Positions 58,275-64,000 of a DNA stretch of 64,000 nt are shown here, piece after piece. The notes under the pieces were generated by a model, which worked only from the letters and a program-made list of their open reading frames with translations, searched no databases and had not been told where the DNA came from. The position numbers and the translations under genes were made by a program. The DNA is taken from positions 1 through 64,000 of the forward strand of contig NW_013546700.1 of NCBI RefSeq assembly GCF_000760515.2, written 5' to 3'. This DNA comes from Mitosporidium daphniae (Eukaryota). Position 1 is the stretch's first letter, and each line of letters begins with the position of its first letter.

Positions 58275-61200
58275 TCATTGGATTCCAAAAAGCCCTTTGA
58301 GGCGGCGTATCAGCTGCCAGTCTTCTGCAGTCATCTCTTCGCGGAAACTCGTTTTGAGAATATCGATGGACGTCCGCGAAATGGCTGATAGCAGCTCGTC
58401 GTTCTCGGAAAAGTGGCGCCCAACCATTCGCGGAATCTCGTATGAAGCCTGCTCGATCTTGATGGCAACTGAAGAGCCTCCCCGCCGGATTTTGTCCACA
58501 GGACGATGATTGAGCTCGATCGAAGTAACGCGGCCAATCGATAGAGGCTTTCCTTCTCCTTGATGTATGACCAGGGGTGTTCCAATGCGCAAAACACCTT
58601 CTGTTACTTGAACACCTAAAATGATCGGGGAGCGTTTGTTGAAGACACATCCAGGGACTATCTTGAGAACACAAGGAAAAACAGCTTGTGGCGCCAGGTC
58701 TCGTTTACGCTGCTCGACCAACACCGAGCGGTGTGCCTTGAAGGTATCAAGTAAGTGGTAGATAATGTCTGCCGAAAATATCTTAATTCCAAGGTCTTCC
58801 GCAAGCTCCTGTGCCTATAAAAGTTAGGAATAGCGTGATATGGAGAAAATTTCTAATTAAAGAGAAGCAGAAAGGAGCAATACAAAAGCATTCAAATATC
58901 AAGCACAGGCCTCACCTCGCGGTCTACGCGAACGTCAAACGCCAACACGGCAGCATAATCTCGAGCCTCCGGGTTGCCAGCCGTGGTCCATCGCTCCAAA
59001 TTGGCAGCCGTGGTTAGAATGTCACGCTTGTAAATTGTGCCAATCGACGCCGTAGCGACAGGGACGTCATTTGCCGCAAGAAAAGTCAATAACGCTTCAA
59101 GGGATCCTAGCGTGGAGGCCTGCACACTGACACCGGCAGCACCACTACGGCAGCGATCGGCAGCACTAGAAAGAGCTGCCTTAATTCCCAAAACCTCTCT
59201 CATCTCCTCATCAACCAGCCGCATTGCAACAGTAGCGGCGTCGTCGTCACCTTCGTCAGCATCACTTTTAGTTACTCGAACGAGACGGGAACCGGCAACT
59301 GCTGCCTCTAAATTCAGTCCAACTATCCGGACTCCCATGCATGCTCGAACGGTTGTATGATGCAGGTAACGAAGCGTCTTTACCCTACTTTCTTTCATGG
59401 GCTCTGGGGTCAATAGTGACCGCACCTGGCTTAGAATGGGTCCAGAAAGGCCAGCAACAGCAAACTGGTCACCCTCTGCTAACGTTCCTTGTGTCAGAAT
59501 GACATCGATGACGTGCCCAAGGCCCTCCACGCTCTTCACTTCCAATACAAAAGCTGAAAATCGATTTTCATCAAAAACAAGCGCAGCCCCCAGGCGCTCC
59601 TGCGTTAGCATTACAACTGTCCGCAGCAAGTCAGGAATCCCCTCGCCTGTAAGGGCAGAGATAGGGATCAATGAAATCGTGGAGCGTGGATTCGTATTTT
59701 CTTGATGCAGCTCTGCATTGAGACCTGCTTGTGAGGCAAAAGCAAGCTTTGTGCGATCAAGTCTGTCACGAAACTCAGCAACGGTGGATGGTTTCTGAGC
59801 AGCCTCAATCTCACTCCAGCTACGGGCACCGGGCACTGGAGACCAGCCATAGAGCCTATCAATCTTGTTCAGTGCTACTACAAACGGTGTCCGCCTACGA
59901 CGCAATAACTCAATGGATTCTAATGTTTGCGGTTCCAGCCCGTGCATGATATCAACTACTAGCACAGCGAGATGGCACAAAGAGGATCCACGGTCACGAA
60001 GATTGGCAAATGAGGCATGGCCCGGGGTATCAATCACAACGAGTCCAGGGATTTTCACGTGTAGCCCTTCATTCTCGCTGCCGGTTATTAACATTTTAGC
60101 GATGATGGCCTCGCGGGGAAAGAACGTGGCCCCGATTTGTTGAGTAATACCTCCAGCCTCATTCTCCTGGACGCTTGTCTCGCGAAGCTTATCCAACAGC
60201 TTTGTTTTTCCGGTGTCGACGTGGCCAAGAACACAAATAATTGGAGACATAAGGTCCTGCTCTACTGGAGCTACAGATATAAGTTGCTCATTGTTTCCAG
60301 AATTGTCGATTGGCATTGAGGTCTTGACAGTGAGTGAAGGTACGTGCGACTTGTGATCAGCTGGCGCTCTTCTCATAGTTGCTGGGATGTTCATCGATGC
60401 ATTAGCTGAAGTTGAAATCTGTGGCTGATTGGCGACCCATGCATCTTTGCAATTAAGAGCGGTAAGCCCAGTAATAAGAGAATCATTGGAATCATCGTCC
60501 TTGTCTTCAAGGGCATCTTCCCAAGAGTCGAGAATTTCCTCATTTGAAGAGCCCGAATCTGTGGATATGGTGCCTTTATCTGAAACACAATCGGTCGTGG
60601 ATAACTTTGATGTGTGAGCAGAAGAAATTTGAGAACAAGCATAGCTCGATTTAGAGGACGCCTTTTTCTTGGTGTAAACCAACTTTTTCCTTTCAGGAGC
60701 AGGAGCAGGATCTTGCGAGGGATTATCGAGATTATGGTGGTTAATGGATTGTTGCTGTAAAATCGTAATCTTCTCTTTGTCTATTTTAAGACGTTCGCGC
60801 TCGGCCTTGGTACCCTCTTTTTTTAGGGCTTGTTGGCGAGCCTAGAAAAGAAAAAACTTGCGTACCTTTCGTCGATCCCGCTTACGCTGGCGCTCAGCTT
60901 CTTCAGCCAACCTCTTCTCCTCAGCCTCTCGCTGAGCATCCATTTCTTTTTGCCGCTCTTCCTCCTCAAGCTTCTTTAACTCTTCCTCTTGGGCTTTCAT
61001 TGCCTCCTGCATTCGCTTAATAGCAAGGATGGCCGTATTTTGGGGCTTTTTCTTGCTTGAGGAAGGCTCTAATTTTTTTTCCTCCTCGTCTTTCTTTGAA
61101 GACGACTTTTTCGGGGCCATTGTATTGGTTTCTTGAATAATTTCGAGTTCCGAAGATCCTTTCTTTGTATCGATGCTCTTTTTAGAACTATTTGCCTTCT

Positions 61201-61450
61201 TTGTTGCGCTGGATTCCTTCTTTGTCGCGCTGGATTCTTTCGTCTCGCTCCTCTTTTTGGAATCACCTGACAGCTTCGTCTGATTTGTACTGGTATTCTG
61301 ATCCTCTGCTAGAATTTTGCGTTTTGATATTCCATCTATCTTTTCTAGGGGTTCTTCCTTTTGAGGTTTTTTATTTTTCTTCCCTTTTGAAGAGGATGAG
61401 CAAACTTGGGCCTCATATTCATTCCAGTACTGCTCCAAATCGGGGTCCAT
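58275..61450 (-). CDS. FUN12: Translation initiation factor eIF5B, 2 introns (one of 101 nt, 58815-58915)
   Basis: SPIICVLGHVDTGKTKLLD, EAGGITQQIGAT, VQASTLGSLEALL and AVFPCVLKI. Confidence 0.97.
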
Positions 61451-61559
61451 TCGTAAGTAAAAATTTAATTTAAATGCAAATAAATTAAGTGGGCTTTATG
61501 GGAATAATTCGGATTTTGGCAGCCTTCAAATTTGCCATTCATATTTTGAGAATTTAAAG

Positions 61560-64000
61560 TCATTGTGCAGCATCGTGATCAGATGTGCCCTTGATATGCA
61601 TATTTTCGGAGCTTCTTTGCTGGCCAAGATTCCGATTCACATTTTCGTCTGGAGGTTCTCGCCTAGCAAATTTGTTGTAGACAGCAAATAAATGGGCTAC
61701 TTTGTTAACCGTCGTTATGATTTTATGTTCATCAAAAGAGCTAGCCTCACCTTGCCATACAAATTGAGATATGATCTGTGCATTACATACACGTTGAATT
61801 GCTTTGTCAGATATCAAAGTCGGCTTGATAGCCTCATTAATGGGGGTCAAGATTTTTTCAAGCGAGTCAGAATCAAACTGATCAGGTGTGAAAGAAAGAA
61901 AAAGTAGTAAAGCCGATATGATGCTTTCATGGGGCGATAAAACACTCGCTCTAGCTGCCAATTGCTGAATTACTACATTGAGTGACTTGGAATAAGATGT
62001 TGAGAAAACAACAAGGGCATAGCAGAGAGTTGAAATTATTGATTTTGCGCTCTGTTGGATCACAATTAACTTTGCAAATTTCTTTGCCCAATCATCTGCA
62101 ATATTAGTCTTCTGTAGTAATATGTCAACAAGGGACGGTAAAATCCAGGGATACCTTTCACCTGTTTTGTTTTGGAGAATAGCAAGCAACTTTAAATATA
62201 GCCATGATGCGCAAATGGTAAGATCGTTATTTTTCTGGCAAGTAACAATGCTGGATATAAGTTGAAGATACTGATCAACACGTTGTCGTCGCTGTAATGA
62301 CCGATTGCTATCTAAAACATCTTCCCTTAATAGATAGGTGATAGCATAAAAGAGAAATTTCATGTGCTTAATTAAGATCTACCGAGGAAAGAGAACCGAA
62401 TATTACCTTTATCGAGGATTGCTCTAGTTGGAGTGACGGAAAGATTGGAGATGTCAGAACCTTTTTCAGGTAATAAAATGTTCCATCTAAAAGCTCCTCT
62501 ATTGCTGCATTGTCGAGAATCGTAATTCGGCTTCTCAGGAGCGCCGAAAGGATCTCTATTGATATGATGTGATCTGTCGATCGTATTAGTGTCGTATCGA
62601 CAAATACAGGATCTTTTTCCTCTGCAGCGAAACGAGTAAGAGACCAACTAATGGCACTGCCTAAGGTATCCTGGAAAAATTTAAAGGAGGGGGAAATGTT
62701 TTTAGCGTTCATATATGACAACAAAACTCTTATACATTTTGAAGAGAGGTCCGGAGATCGAGAAATCTCGGTGCCAAGAAAGCCTGATATATTCTCCACA
62801 ACCCATCGATGGATCTCTTNATCAGCGGCAGCAGAAAACGACGAAAAATCACAATAATAGTAGAAGGATGCGAAAATAAAGTGGAAGCGTGAGACATCAT
62901 CAAGATCTTTGTGGTTATCTATTGAACACAGTTTGTGTTTTCGGCTTGCAGCTAGAGAATGCCTTTGCTTTATAAAGGCAAAGCCAAGAGGCGGATATCG
63001 TTTAAGTAGCCAACGACACTGAGTGTCATCCAATGACTGCAAAAATTGGCAAACTTTTCCTTCAGAGCAATAAAAAGAGTGTCCATTTTGCAAAGAAAGA
63101 ATATTTTTTAAAAGCTTCTTGCTAGCTGGTGTACTCAAACAGCCGGGAAAAGTTGCCGAGATTTCGGACAATTGCGCGAAAATATCCGCCCCAAAATCAA
63201 CATTTAAGTAATTGTCAAACAAGGCTTCCATGAGCGATGAAAGAGACTTTTCATCATTTCGGATAAAATCTGGTGCCAAACCAATCGAATATTTAACAAA
63301 TGTGTCCTTTTCTGGACACTTTTTCGATAAAGAAGCATGGAAAAGTAAATTTTCACCATCATGGAGGGTATCATGATCAGACTTTAGCTTTATAAAGGCA
63401 CACTTTATGGATTGAATCCATTGATGAAAAAGAACTTTCATCCTCAAGTATCTAACAAAAGACGAACAGGCTCGAGGTGAATTGGAAAGATCGGACGAGG
63501 ATGAAATTAAATGCTTGGCAACAAGAGTCAGAATTGTTATGTCATTGCCCTTGCTTGACTTTAAGAGCGAAGGAAACAAAGAGCTTTCAATGAAAGAAAT
63601 GTATGAAAGACGAAGCGGCAGTGGTGAAGAAATGCTGCATAGCAAAAAAAGCTCATCTATAATTTTACTGGTTCTTTCAGCGATATTAGAATCAGCATCC
63701 ATTGACATAAGTAGTTGATGGTTAACAATTGCACACAAAAATAGGATTGCCGAGTTTCTGACGCTTTCTTTAACGTCGCGCATACGCTCAATTGCTGCAT
63801 CAACAACTTCAACAAGTTCGTCTGCATTTTGGCCCTTCAAATGGGATGAAAAAAAAGCAAGTCTTTCCAAAGTGAACGACCTAACCCTTTCTTCTGGATC
63901 AAGCATCTTTTCAATAAGTCCCTGTGTTGTTGCGGCGGAAAGCGCACAAAGAGACGGCATAGATCGAGGCAGATGTGGATTTTGTGCTTCACGAGAAAGC
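61560..64000 (-). CDS. PDS5: Pds5-like HEAT-repeat cohesin cofactor, 5' end probably outside the window; intron 62379-62406
   Basis: KMLDPEERVR and IERMRDVKESVRNSAILFL resemble Pds5 repeats; a 28-nt GT-AG intron joins the two ORFs in frame. Confidence 0.65.

Overview
This window is eukaryotic, not prokaryotic. It is an extremely gene-dense genome with about 45 protein-coding genes in 64 kb, many intergenic gaps under 100 bp, and many ultra-short (about 22-37 nt) GT-AG spliceosomal introns that break the ORF track into fragments. The genes indicate an opisthokont with a respiring mitochondrion: COX4/5, RCF2, FMC1, mitoribosomal uL3m and bL36m, NFS1 and ferredoxin. It also shows microsporidia-like compaction, with AAATTT-type signals just before ATGs and stop codons embedded in AATAAA. 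My inference is an early-branching microsporidian or rozellid (Mitosporidium-like); this cannot be proven from the window alone. Most genes are housekeeping. Two small multi-intron genes missing from the ORF track were reconstructed by hand (SUS1/ENY2 and an FMC1-like gene). The most notable observations are: (1) tandem RanBP9/Gid1-like and WDR26/Gid7 genes of the same E3 ligase, plus other adjacent functional pairs; (2) back-to-back intron units in PIG-A, the second ending in TG; (3) telomere-repeat-like TAGGGTT boxes recurring in promoters; (4) a TATA-preceded secreted Thr/Pro-rich protein within a cluster of orphan secreted/membrane genes. No CRISPR, rRNA, tRNA or transposon was recognised. 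All gene calls come from motif recognition by eye, not from database searches.
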